Shown here in pieces: positions 38,583 to 57,359 of a stretch of DNA of 64,000 nucleotides. Position 1 is the first letter of the stretch. The number at the start of each line of letters is the position of its first letter. Made by a program: the position numbers and the translations under genes. Under the pieces are notes generated by a model. That model saw only the letters and a list, made by a program, of their open reading frames with translations, had not been told where the DNA came from and made no database searches. The stretch lies in NCBI RefSeq assembly GCF_009914755.1, contig NC_060925.1, one strand, 5' to 3'. This DNA comes from the human T2T-CHM13v2.0 reference genome, Homo sapiens.

Positions 38583-41339
38583 ATACATTTTTTCATAATT
38601 TTGTATTTTTCATACTGGAAAGAACAAACAAAATCCTACCTTTTCTATTTGATGAATATAATGGCAATAATCTTTTGCCAGCATTAATTTAATGCATTTT
38701 AGTTTTTCCTTTAAAATATCTCTCCCATGTGGCCTTTCATCCCTAGGACTAAGATATGTGATATATTGTTCCCAGGTAGGCATAATTTAGTAAGATAAAA
38801 AAGTATTTAAGTGTGAGTGTGAGATATCCACATGTGAGGAAGTGTGGAAAAGTCCACATGTGGGAAAGTCCACAAAACCCATTCTGGTGCAGCTGCAAGC
38901 TGGTGGTGCCTCTGTCAGCCAGGATCCCTGAGTGATGGTATATAGCAGAGCATCTCACAGTGCACAGTGTACAGTGGATATGTACTACATTATATCAAGC
39001 TACTGAGAGTCCGGCTTCTATTTGCTGCTGAAACATAGCCCTGTCCAATCTAAGATACCTACTGAATGATAGATAAGGGAAAAAGAAGGAAATAAATCAC
39101 AGGAAAATGTGTTCCTTCTGTCCCTTAAGGGTTGTGTGAAGGAAAAGGCAGACTGAAGAGAAAGGGAATCAATTAGATTTGTGTGTCCTCATCCCTCCTC
39201 TCTGGGCTGCCTATGCTAATCCAGGAATCATCCCATCAAAACGAATGTGGTGGTTCAACTCAGTTTGGGAGAGGGGCCTAGAAATCTAGCTTAACTTGTG
39301 GTCTCTGTTTCCAGATGGGGAATATGTTTCCTCAGACCCTGAGAGAAGTTCAGAAAGCAGGTGGTATGAAAGTCAATAGGGTTTATATGGGACCCACATG
39401 GGAGAAAGAACATTCCCTTCTCTATACCCAGTCACCATCTTTGGGAAGTGCAGGGAAGAGCATGGAAGTGGCAGACATTGATCAATTATTCCAGAAGACT
39501 ACCATCTAAAGGGATGACTTAAATTATCAGTCCAGGCACCCCACCACCACCACATTGTCTACTGAGTAGTGTTTCATGAAGAAGACCAGAGAGTTACCAT
39601 GTGAGTAAAATACTCAGCCCCACTACACAGATAGACCCATTGGGAACTTGTGGAAATGAGACCGCTCTTCTGTGAAACATGGAGAAGTTCTGAGGACTGT
39701 CTTATAGCACTTTGATATCACATAACCACTTTATTCCTTCATTCACTTGTCTAATAAGCTAATATTTATTTCGTGTCTACTATGTGCCAGGCCCTGTGCT
39801 AAGCACAGGAGATACAGGACAGAGCAAAACAGATGAAATCTCTGCCCAAGGAGTTTCGTCACTGGAACAAATTTCTCCAACTCCACAATTAACTAATGTT
39901 GTAAACTTTGGCTCCTGAATATTGACATTTCTCCAAACTCTAGTTAATGCTATACCTTTCCTCCCAATCTCTTCTTCAAGAGAAGAAATAAACCTTTTTC
40001 AGAAGCGTTAATTCCCATTGGTAATGTCTACAAGTTACAATAGTCAGTTAGTTGTGTTAATTGAATTGGAACTCTGGTAACCTTCCCTTGGTACCTTTTG
40101 TAACTGTCAGATACATTGGCAGTGATAGTAAAGGAGAAAAAAAAACCCAACTTGGGAAACACTTGTGCCATTCATAACCCAACAGGGAAAAAAAATTATC
40201 TGCACAGCACAGAGGCCCAGAAACATAACTGAAGAAAGAAACCAGAGTCAGAGATCATGATCATTTCTGACCCTTCCAGTTGTCATAGAGCCAATGAAGC
40301 CCTGGAGAACAATGGATATATTGGTGTCCTAGGATAAATGTCCAGTGGGCAGAGCAGTCATTAACATCAATGTCCCTTTTTTGATCCTCTACCATATTCA
40401 TGGGTAAGTCTATTACCTATGGTGGGGATGAGGCAGGGAGTCTACAGTAAGGTCTTCCCGTGCAATTTACTAAGGAATTTTCCAGGAAAAAAGCACATGA
40501 TATGGTTTGGCTAATACAGCACATGTGGTAATACTCTGCTCCATACCATTATACCCCACAATTTACTTAGGGCAGTTCAGTGTATATCCTTGAGATTACA
40601 GTAAATAATAGTCTACTTAAGACTACAATAAAATTTAGCTTCAGATTGAGTTGAGATGACAAAAAGTGAAAGATTTGACCTAGAAGTGTTCATTGCTAGT
40701 TCCTTTTGAAATGTGAGACTGAACTTTTCAGATGACCCAAAGAGATGTCCCAATGCTGACATGAAAAGAGGAACCAGACATGGATCACTTTGACCTGATA
40801 TAGATAATAGCTCTTTGGGTTATAAATTAACTTCATTTGGGCTTCAGAGTTTTCCATTATCCTCCATGACTAAGCATCATCTTAAGTGGCACCACATAAA
40901 TTTAATACTATTTTAGCAGTCAAAATGGTCAAATATCAGCAATTTCATTTATGTATTTCAACCTAATAGATACCCAGAGAAACAACCTCAGAGTTGGGAT
41001 AGTATGGTGTTTACATCTGGAATAATACAACTGTAGGAGTCAGGGTTGACTGGAGTATTGCAGCTGATATATTGCATGAGGCCTGGTGGCTCCAAAGGGC
41101 CCACTCAGCTATGTCTCTAGGAGATAAATGACCTCCAATGGAAACAAAAATGTGCTGCAGTGATGTATTCCTTCAGTGCAACCTCTTGGGTACCATCTCC
41201 CCACCTCACAAGCATGGACAGACAGATGAAAGAGTTGTTAGAGAAAGAAAGGGAGAAGGAACAGAGGAAAGAGAAGAAAGAAAAGGAAGGAGTAGATAGA
41301 TAGAGAAAAGATGTTGTAGCCATTTGGAATGCCTTCAAC

Positions 41340-42185
41340 TGCCAATACTCCAACTCCTTCTGGACTAACAGTGGCTTAAACTAACAAAGATACATACTTT
41401 TTCTGTGTCTCATACCAAGAGGCTCAAAGCAAGTGGTCCAGAGTGGTGCATTTTTAATGTCTCCTTCCAGATCATGTTGATTCTAGCAATGTAGGTCACA
41501 AAATGGCTTCAGCAGTTCCAGATATCACATTCACGTTCAAGGTAAGAAGAAAGAGAAAGAGGCAAGAGCCAGAAATATCCATCCCGTTTTTTAGAAAAGC
41601 CAAAGTTTTCTGGAAGCCCTCTGCCCCATCCCACTCCATGCAGAAATCTGCTGTGTCTCATTGGCTGAAACTATGTTACATGCAAGATGCTGAATTACTG
41701 GGTATTTACTGCCAGCAAGGTTGTAGCAATGTTGTTTTTCTGAAGCAGCATTCCAGCATCTAGAGACTAGCTTCATGGGTTTCAAGAGGCAGTTGTGGTA
41801 GTAGTGGCAGGAAAACAAAACAAAACAAAACAAATCTGTGATCCAGTGTCTGGCCACTAGCTACCTTGCTGCAGACAGGCATTGGCCTCAGCATCAGTGG
41901 CTTTCTGAACCCTGGGTCACTATTGCAGTGGGGAGTTTGTGAATGCTGCAGGCCTGGGAGTGACCTCCTGATCCCTCACCTTCCTGACTTTTGCACAGAC
42001 TGAAGCACCCCTGGTGGGCTAGCTCAATAATCTTGTTCTGAGAGTCATTCCTAAAGACACAGCTTACAGCCTGCTTCTACAGTCCTTTGTGACTTTGTAA
42101 ACACTTAATTACATCGTTTCAATATCTTTCTGTTTAAAACAGTTTGCATGGTTTCTGCTTCCTGCAACAGGACTCTGATGCACCA
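41340..42185. mobile_element. Ancient ERVL/MaLR-class LTR fragments
   Basis: AACAGTGGCTTAAAC...AAAATGGCTTCAGCAGTTCCAGATATCACAT...CTCATTGGCTGAAAC and the terminal TGGTTTCTGCTTCCTGCAAC motif. Family uncertain. Confidence 0.5.
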
Positions 42186-42769
42186 GCCTACTTACTGTTT
42201 TGCCACAGGTAGTGAAGTGAAAAGCAGGCTCTGCAGGGCCTCAGCCTCTGCCCAGGCCTGTCAAGAAGAAACTAACAAGAACTAATTTCCTCAGCCTCCC
42301 AGAGTCTCCCTAAGAGAACACATATTTACCTTTCAGGCACAGTCTTAATCACAAAGACCTGAATCTTTGTAAATGTCCATGGTTCTGACATTATTTCTTT
42401 CTTGAACAAATGACACTTCATTTGCATCCTCAGATTTTGGTTTCTGGTTCTCTTTATTTTTCTTTTTTTTTCTATTGTATAAAATGACCTTAGGACTAAC
42501 ATACTGATACACGAATACATCACGGGATATTCACCCTCCAGAATGTATAATCATTTTTGGAAGCTCTTTCTCTAAAGAACAACTTGTTTGAAATTTATTA
42601 ATGAATTTCTTCTCTCACAGAGTCACCTTCAGTGAATACAGTTTGTGGAGATGGAGAGTTGTACAAAGATTTTTGCTGCAACTGTGAGTTGACTGGGGTC
42701 AGTTGTGGCTGGGCCATGACAAGGACCTGACCTGAATGAACCTCAAAACCACCAGCATATAACTTGTCC

Positions 42770-42865
42770 AGAGTGAGGGGATGTGTGTACTTACCACTAT
42801 GTGCTCAGCACCTAGAACAGTGCCTGACACATAGTGAGAGCTCAATAAATATCTGTTGAATGAAA
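42770..42865 (+). mobile_element. L2 3' end
   Basis: CAGCACCTAGAACAGTGCCTGACACATAGTGAGAGCTCAATAAATATCTGTTGAATGAA. Confidence 0.8.
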
Positions 42866-43357
42866 GGATATATAGTGGTACCTCAGAGTCCACACTTCAC
42901 TAAGCCTCCAACATCATTTAGTCACCAAGGCAAAGTCATTGGAAAGGATGCTATCCTCACTTCCCTGTCTCTGTGCTGCCTTTCTTCATCCTCTTACTTA
43001 ATGTATATCAAGTACTAGATTCCCTGGCTTCCCTCTGAATAATAATACAAGGACTGAAGAAAAAAACATGAGGCCTACCCCAGGGCTCTTAGGGACTCGT
43101 TTGCTGGCTCTAGGGTTCACTACTCCCAAGGCTAGTCTCTAGCCTTGGTGAAAAAGCCTTAAATCCCACTGCTAAAATAGTGTTGTATCACTCTTCTACC
43201 CCAAAGAGAGGCACATTAAGGGATGGATTAGCCAGTCAAATAGATCTGATTGCCAACTCTACCAGGTAAGTAGCACTAAAATGTAATGAGATGGGCAAAA
43301 TTATAATATTTAAGAAATTAAATTTGAGTAAATATTTTGGAAATCAACAGAGGGATA

Positions 43358-43388
43358 TGTGTGTGTGTGTGTGTGTGTGTGTCTGTGT
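43358..43388. repeat. (TG)n microsatellite
   Basis: TG dinucleotide run seen directly. Confidence 0.85.
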
Positions 43389-43429
43389 AATGTGATGGTG
43401 TGATGTGTAGTAGAGTAAGACTGCCAAGG

Positions 43430-43945
43430 ACTATACTTAAGTCATCATAGATATATTTTAAATAGCTGAATTAAATAGTAGTTTAAAACACAAACATTTA
43501 TTATCTCACACAGTGTCTGAGAGTCTGAGAGTCAGGAATCCAGGAGCAGCTTAGCTATGTGGTTCTGCCCAGGGTATCTCGTGAGGTTGCAAACATGTCA
43601 GCCAGCATGCAGTCATCTCAAGGCCAGCACTAGTGGATCCACTTGAAGATAGCCCACTGACAGCTAATGACAGACAGCTACATTTCCTACTGGGTCTTGG
43701 CAGAAAGCTTCAGTTTCTCACTAGTACCTGGGTGTCTTCATCTGAGTGATCCAAGAGCAGGTGAGATTGCAAGCAAGAAGCCGCAGTGCTTTTTATGACC
43801 CCATTTCTGAAATCACATTTTCATTTTTCTTTCTACTCATCAGAAGTGACTCACTAAGTCCAGTTCACACTCAAATAGAAGGGGAAGCTCCATGTCCTGA
43901 AGGGAAGAGTATCAAAGAATTTGTGGACATTTAAAACCACTGTGG
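43430..43945 (-). mobile_element. MLT1F/G-like MaLR LTR
   Basis: ACATTTATTATCTCACACAG...GTCAGGAATCCAGGAGCAGCTTAGCT...GAAGAGTATCAAAGAATTTGTGGACATTTAAAACCAC. Confidence 0.7.
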
Positions 43946-44294
43946 TCTCTGAAGGAAGGTGGATCTGGTTAAGTACATGGTGTTTGCTAAATTCAGTATG
44001 CAATTTTAGGATGAAATACTCAGAGTATTGAAAGGTGTTCCCTCTTCTGTCCTCCCCAACTGTACCTAAGTTTTCTTCTAAATAAATATTTGACACCTAT
44101 TTAAAGAATACTTCCCAGATTGTGAAAGAAAGCATATAAAGAATGAAGGATAAGGCAATTGGACAATTTAAGCCCCCTCTGGCCTTCCTGCCTTATATAA
44201 GGGGAGGAGAAAAAAAAAAACTAAAAAACTCTTCTGAAGGTCACAGCCCAAGGACTCTGGCCCACTTGAAAAGACCAAAAATAAAAAATAAAAG

Positions 44295-44510
44295 CTCCAG
44301 CCTGGCCAATATGGCAAAAACCCTGTCTCCACTAAAAATACAAAAATTAGCTGGGCATGTTGGTGTGTACCTGTAATCCCAGCTTCTCAGAAGGCTAAAG
44401 CAGGAGAATTGCTTGAACCCAGGAGGCAGAGGTTGCAGTAAGCTGAGAATGCACCACTGCACTCCAGCCTGGGCAGCAGAGAAAGACTTCATCTCAAAGA
44501 AGAAAAAAAA
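44295..44510 (+). mobile_element. 5'-truncated Alu
   Basis: Begins mid left arm (CCAGCCTGGCCAATATGG); right arm and A tail are present. Confidence 0.85.
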
Positions 44511-47500
44511 GCAAAACAGAGATTTAATCATAAGATGATTGGACATTTATCCTCTCCAATACCTTACTACCCCATCTACAGAGCTCCAGCATAACAGTGG
44601 ATTACAAGTGATAGAGTAGCAAGACACGGATTCTACTTAAGAAGGAGTCTCTAGAAACACCCAAGGAAAATAGGCAGACAAAAATGAGAACACTAGAGGA
44701 ACCTGACAACTACAGCTACAGTAAACAGTAAACACAGCCTCACTCTTCTTAGCCAGATAAATGTATCTAAAACCTCACACTAAAGCCCATTTACCTCAGT
44801 TCTTATTGCCTAATACATCATGTATAAATTATTAAAAATTACAAGACATCCCAAAAAGCAGGAGGAAAAGTCGGAAGAGACAAGTAAGCATCAGAACCAC
44901 GTACAGATAGAGCATAGATCTTGGAATGATTAGAAGCCTGGGAATTTAAAATAACTATGATTAATATGCTAAGAGTTCTAATGAAAAAAGCTTCTGGATT
45001 CTTTCCTTGACCATATCCAGTCTACTGACAAATCCATCAAAGGTATTCTTAATTTCTGTTACAAATTTTTTTATTTCTAACATTTTCTTTTGGTTCTTTC
45101 CTGGTTTCCTTCGCTCTGCTTACATTATTCATCTGTTCCTGCATATTGTCCATTTTTCCCATGACAACATCTAGCATATTTTGTAGCTGGTTTTGAGGGA
45201 ATTGCCTAACAAGAGAGGGCCAAAATACATAAGGCAAAAACTGATAGAAATAGGAGAAATTGACAAACTCGCTATTATAATCACAGTCTTCAACACCACA
45301 CCACACTATCAGTAATTGACAGATCCAGCCAGCAGAAAATTAGAGAAGATATAGTTGAACTGAATAGCAACAGAATTTAATTGACATTTATGGAATCCAC
45401 TGTTCAACAACAGCGGAATACACATTCTTCTCAAGCTCACATGGAACTTTTACCAAGATAGATCACATTCTGAGCCACGAAACACAACTTAACAAAATAA
45501 TAAACATCACCCAAAGCATGCTCTCAGACTCCAATAAATACTATTAAACTAGAAAAAAAAAAAAACAGAAGATAGCTGGAATGTTCCAAAATATGCAGAT
45601 TAAACAACACATTTCTAAATAAAATGTAGGTCATAGAAGACATTTCAAAAGACATTTTAAAATGTTTGAACTAAATGAAATACAACTTATCAAACTTTGT
45701 GAAATGCAGAAAAAGCAGTGCTCAGAGGGAAATTTGTAGTATTGAATGCATATATTAGCGAAGAAGAAACATTTAAAATCAATAACCTAAAATTTCACCT
45801 ATGTAAGCTAGAGAAAAAACAGCTGTACAAACCTGAAGCAAACAGAAGAAAAGAACTAATAAAAATTAAAACAGATATCAATGAAATTAAAAGCAGGAAA
45901 AAATTGAAAGAGAAAATCATTGAAATTAAAAGCCAGTTCTTTGAAAAAAATTAATAAGATTGATAAGCCTCTAGCCAGGCTAACCAAAAAAAAAAAAAGA
46001 AAGAAGTCACAAACTGCTAATATCAGAAATTACTACCAATCCTATGGATATTAAAAGGATAATAAATGAATATAATATAAATGTTTCCATGCTCTCAAAT
46101 TTGCTTACTTACTTAGAAGAAATGGAAAAATTATTTGAAAGACATAATTTACCAAAACTCACACACAGAGAAATATATCATCTGAATAGCTCAATATCTA
46201 TTGAAGAAATTAAATTGATAATTAATAATCCTCCAAAAATAAAAACACCAGGGCCAGATGGTTTCACTGGTGAATTTAAGAAACAAATATTTAACAAGAA
46301 AGTATATTAATTATCCATAATCTCTTTCAGAAAATAGGAGTGGGAACACCCAACTTGAAAAAGAGCATCTTTTGCCAAATCCACAGATATGACCATACTT
46401 GATAAGGAACTAGATGTTTTTCTCCTAAGACTGGGAAGATGTCCCCTCTCATCATTCCTATTTAACATTGTATCGAAAAAGTCTTAATGCAATAAAACAA
46501 GGAAGTAAAAGGTATATACATTGTAAAAGAAGAACCAAAACTGTATTTGTTAGCAGATGACATGATTATCTATTGTTGACTGAGAAAAAATAAAAAGCCT
46601 TCCTGGAACTAATAAGCGATTATAGCAAGTCTGCAAGATAATAAACAAAAGTGTGCTGTTGGTTAATCTACAAAAGTCAGTTGCTTTCCTGCAAACCAGC
46701 AATGAACAACTGGAATTTGAAATTAGAAACACATCATTTACATTAGCATCAAAAAAATGAAATACCTAGATATAAATTAACAAAATATATGCAAGATTTA
46801 TATGAGGAAAACTATAAAATTGATTTTAAAAATCAAAGATCTTAATAAACAGAGATGTATTGGTTTTCCCAACTTGATCTGTAGATTTAAGGCAATCACA
46901 ATCAAAATTTTAGCAAATTATTTGTGTATATTAACAAACTGGTTTTGAAGTTTATATAGAAAGAAGAAGACCCTGAATAGCCAACCCAATCCTGAAGGGG
47001 AACAAGAAAATCCTAGAGTCAACACTATTCAAGACTTTAACAAAAAATGATGTGGTACTAGAAAAAGAACAGACAAGTGGATCAATGGAATGGAATAAGA
47101 GTCCAGAAATAGACCTACACAAATAAACCGATCTTTAACAAAGGGGCACAGGTAAGTCAATGGAGAAAGGATCATCAAAATATGGAGCTAAAACAACTTG
47201 CTAACTACATAAGACTACATGGATCTAGACACAAAACACATACCTTTCACAAAAAAATTAACTAAAATGAGTTAAAAACCTAAATGTAAAACACAAAACC
47301 ATAAAATTTATAGATGATAATAAAGGAGAAGTTTAGGTGACTTTGGGTTTGAGAATGACTTTTTAGATAAAACACTAGAAGTATAATCCAAGAAAAAATT
47401 GATGTTAGACTTTATTAAAATTATAAACATTTGCTCTGTAAAATACTTTGTTGAGTAAGTGAAAAGACAAGCCACAGCCTGGTAGAGTATATTTACAAAA

Positions 47501-48010
47501 CACATATCTCATAAAGGACTTCTATTAAAAATATACAAAGAACTCTTAAAATTCAACAATAAGAAAATAAACAACCCAATTAAAAATGGGCAAAAGATCT
47601 GAATAAACACTTCACCAAAGAAGTATTCACATGGCAAATAAGCATATAAAAAAGATACTCAACAATGTGTCTCCCTAGAGGATTGAAAATTAAAACAATA
47701 AGATACTACTACACACCTATTAAAATTGCTAAAATAAAAAACCTGACAATACCAAATGCTGACAGGGTTGAAGAAGCAACAAGAATGATCAGTCATTGCA
47801 AGTGGAAATGCAAAGTGGTATAGCCACTTTAGCATACATTTTTATAGCTTATTAAAAAATACAACATAGTCTTACCATAGGACCCAGCAATCACACCAGG
47901 TGTTTACCCAAATGAATTGAAAATTTATATCTATACAAATATCTGCACGCAAATGTTTACAGCTGCTCTATCTATAATTCCAAAAACTAGAAGCAACCAA
48001 GATATCTCTC

Positions 48011-54175
<6,165 letters not shown>

Positions 54176-54644
54176 GATATCTCTCAATAGGTAAATGGAT
54201 AAACAAAGTGTGGTACATCTATACAATGGAATATTACTCAGTAATAAAAAGAAAATAATTTATCAAGCCATAAAGAGACATGAAGAAACCTCAAATGCAT
54301 ATTTCTATGTAAAAGAAACCAGTCTTAAAAGACTACATACTGTATGATTCCAGCTACATGACATTGTAGATAAGGCAAAACTATAGAGACAGAAAGATCA
54401 GTGGTTGCTAGGGGGAGGCAGTATAAATAGGTAAAGCAGAGGGGATTTTTAAGTAGGGAAGCTATTTTGTATGACATTGTAATGGTAGACACATAAAACG
54501 CATTTGTCAAAACCCAAAGAAATGTACAACACAAAGGGTGAACTCTAATGTTATCCACGTTAGTGAATAATGACGTATCGGTATTGGTTTATCAATTGTA
54601 ATAAATGCACCACATGAATGCAAGGTATTAATAAGGGAAACTGT

Positions 54645-54988
<344 letters not shown>

Positions 54989-55229
54989 TCAATTTATCCG
55001 TAAACCTAAAACTGTTCCAAGAAATAAATTCTATTCATTTAAAAAATATGTATGATCATATAATTGATTTTAAAGGCATTTAATAATAGCATTCATTCAT
55101 GTTTTAAAACTCATAGACTAAGAGTTCTTCCTTCCATTAATTTTTAACTTTGTTCTCTATACTTTTTTTTAGCAGCCTTTTTTTTTAAACAAAACTGATA
55201 GGCAAAGAAGAGGAATATAAATAATAAAG

Positions 55230-55480
55230 GTAACTAACATTATAAAAGTATTTACTATGTGCTAGCCACTGTACTAAATCCTTCATGCAAAATTAATATA
55301 TTTAAACACCACAGAAACCCAGTGAGGTAGGTACTGTCATTATTCCCATTATCACAGATGGGCACCTAAGATACTGGGATGTAACTTGTAGAGTTCTCTC
55401 AGAAAGAGGCAGACACAGGATTGGGAGGGAGCCAGCGTCTGGGGTAAGAGTCCATGATCTTTCTCTCTACACTATACTTC
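55230..55480 (-). mobile_element. MIR
   Basis: TATTTACTATGTGCTAGCCACTGTACTAAA...GTGAGGTAGGTACTGTCATTATTCCCATT. Confidence 0.7.
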
Positions 55481-56399
55481 CTAGATTGCAAATATGAAAC
55501 TTAATCTCTTGTGTCCAGAAACAATTTTTTTGCCTCATTACTAAACAAACTCTTCTCTCTTGAAACTCGTTCCATGCCATATTTTCCTCCCCCCAACACC
55601 CACCTTTATCATCATAAGTCCCAGAAGTCTCTCCTGCTTTCTTCAAGAGCTACATCATCTTGGGGTTAGAATCTTCCTTTTGTGTACCTCTGTTGGACAC
55701 ACTCACTGAAACACATGTAAGACATGGTCCTGAGGACACAGAGTACATGGGATCCTCAAACTGTAAACATAGAACAACATTCTTAGGATGTTTACTCCTA
55801 CAACTCTGGGCCCATGCAGATGGATGTCCAAAGGAGGGAGGCACAAGCTGGGTGGACCACAGCAGTGCCAAACGCCAGTTTAATTTTAAGTGTGGTTGTG
55901 CAGCAATCCCTTTATCTATTTATCCCATCTCCAGCCCTCCATCATGTTACCCAAAGATCTGCTTCAATCTTTCTATTTTCTTTATCTTCAGGCTTCCATC
56001 TCACTCAGCAATCTTGGCAGACAATCTGCTTTTGAGTTTCCAGAAGGTCAATTTGTCTAAGTTGGGTTTCCAATGTCTCTTCTCTCCTTCTACTGAAAAA
56101 GCTCTGTCTCTCCCTCTCTACCTCACTCATTTCTAAGAACAACTGTTCCTCCTCCTGACAAAAACACTAATCTGCCCATATGACCAGCAGAAACATTTAG
56201 GAACAAGATGATTTTTAGCTTCCAGAAGTGCCTCCAAATGAGACAGTAACAACCACAGAAGTTTTAAAAAATAAAACTAAGGAAGAAAATTTTACTTCAT
56301 ATGGTAGATGTGTTTAATAAAATTTCTCTAAACATTAATTTTAAGAATAAAATCATTATGGACCTACTTAAAACTCAGTACAGAAAACTCACTTAGTTG

Positions 56400-56820
56400 T
56401 ACTCTAAAAACGATAGGATTCTATGGCAGAAGTTCTTGCCAAGGAATGCATGCGGAAGTGGCATGTACCACTTCCAGACCATCATGGTAAAGAAGCAGGT
56501 GAGGCTTTTTCACTGTACTTCTCCCGTTGTCACCTGGAGGTAGAACATCTATCACAGGACTTCTTTTCTTAGAAGCCCTAAGAAAAGCAGAGCCATATGA
56601 TATAGTGTCCTTGAGTTGAGAATTAGAGGAGAACTTCTTGCCAATCAGGAGCGTGTAGTTATATTTTACATGAGCCAGAATTAATATTTAATTATTTAAG
56701 TATTATTTCTTAATTATTAAATATTATTTCTTAATTCTTAATATTAAGAATTAATATTAAGCCATAAGATTTTGTAGTAAATCTGTTACCACAGCAAGTA
56801 TTACCCTTACCTAATATGGG
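56400..56820. mobile_element. MLT1-type LTR fragment with an AT-rich insertion
   Basis: GCGGAAGTGGCATGTACCACTTCCAG ... TAAGCCATAAGATTTTG...TCTGTTACCACAGCA...CCTAATA. Confidence 0.6.
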
Positions 56821-56898
56821 TGTTGTCTGTTCTCAACTTTTTAAATCTTGCTTCTTTCTTTACTTTTTGCAAAGCAAAACTCAAAGATGCCTTAAACA

Positions 56899-57359
<461 letters not shown>

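Noticed and set aside
38880-41300. Unassigned sequence possibly from an ERVL/MaLR internal region or a hidden exon
   Set aside because: I could not recognise a family or coding motif by eye; it needs an nhmmer/Dfam search.
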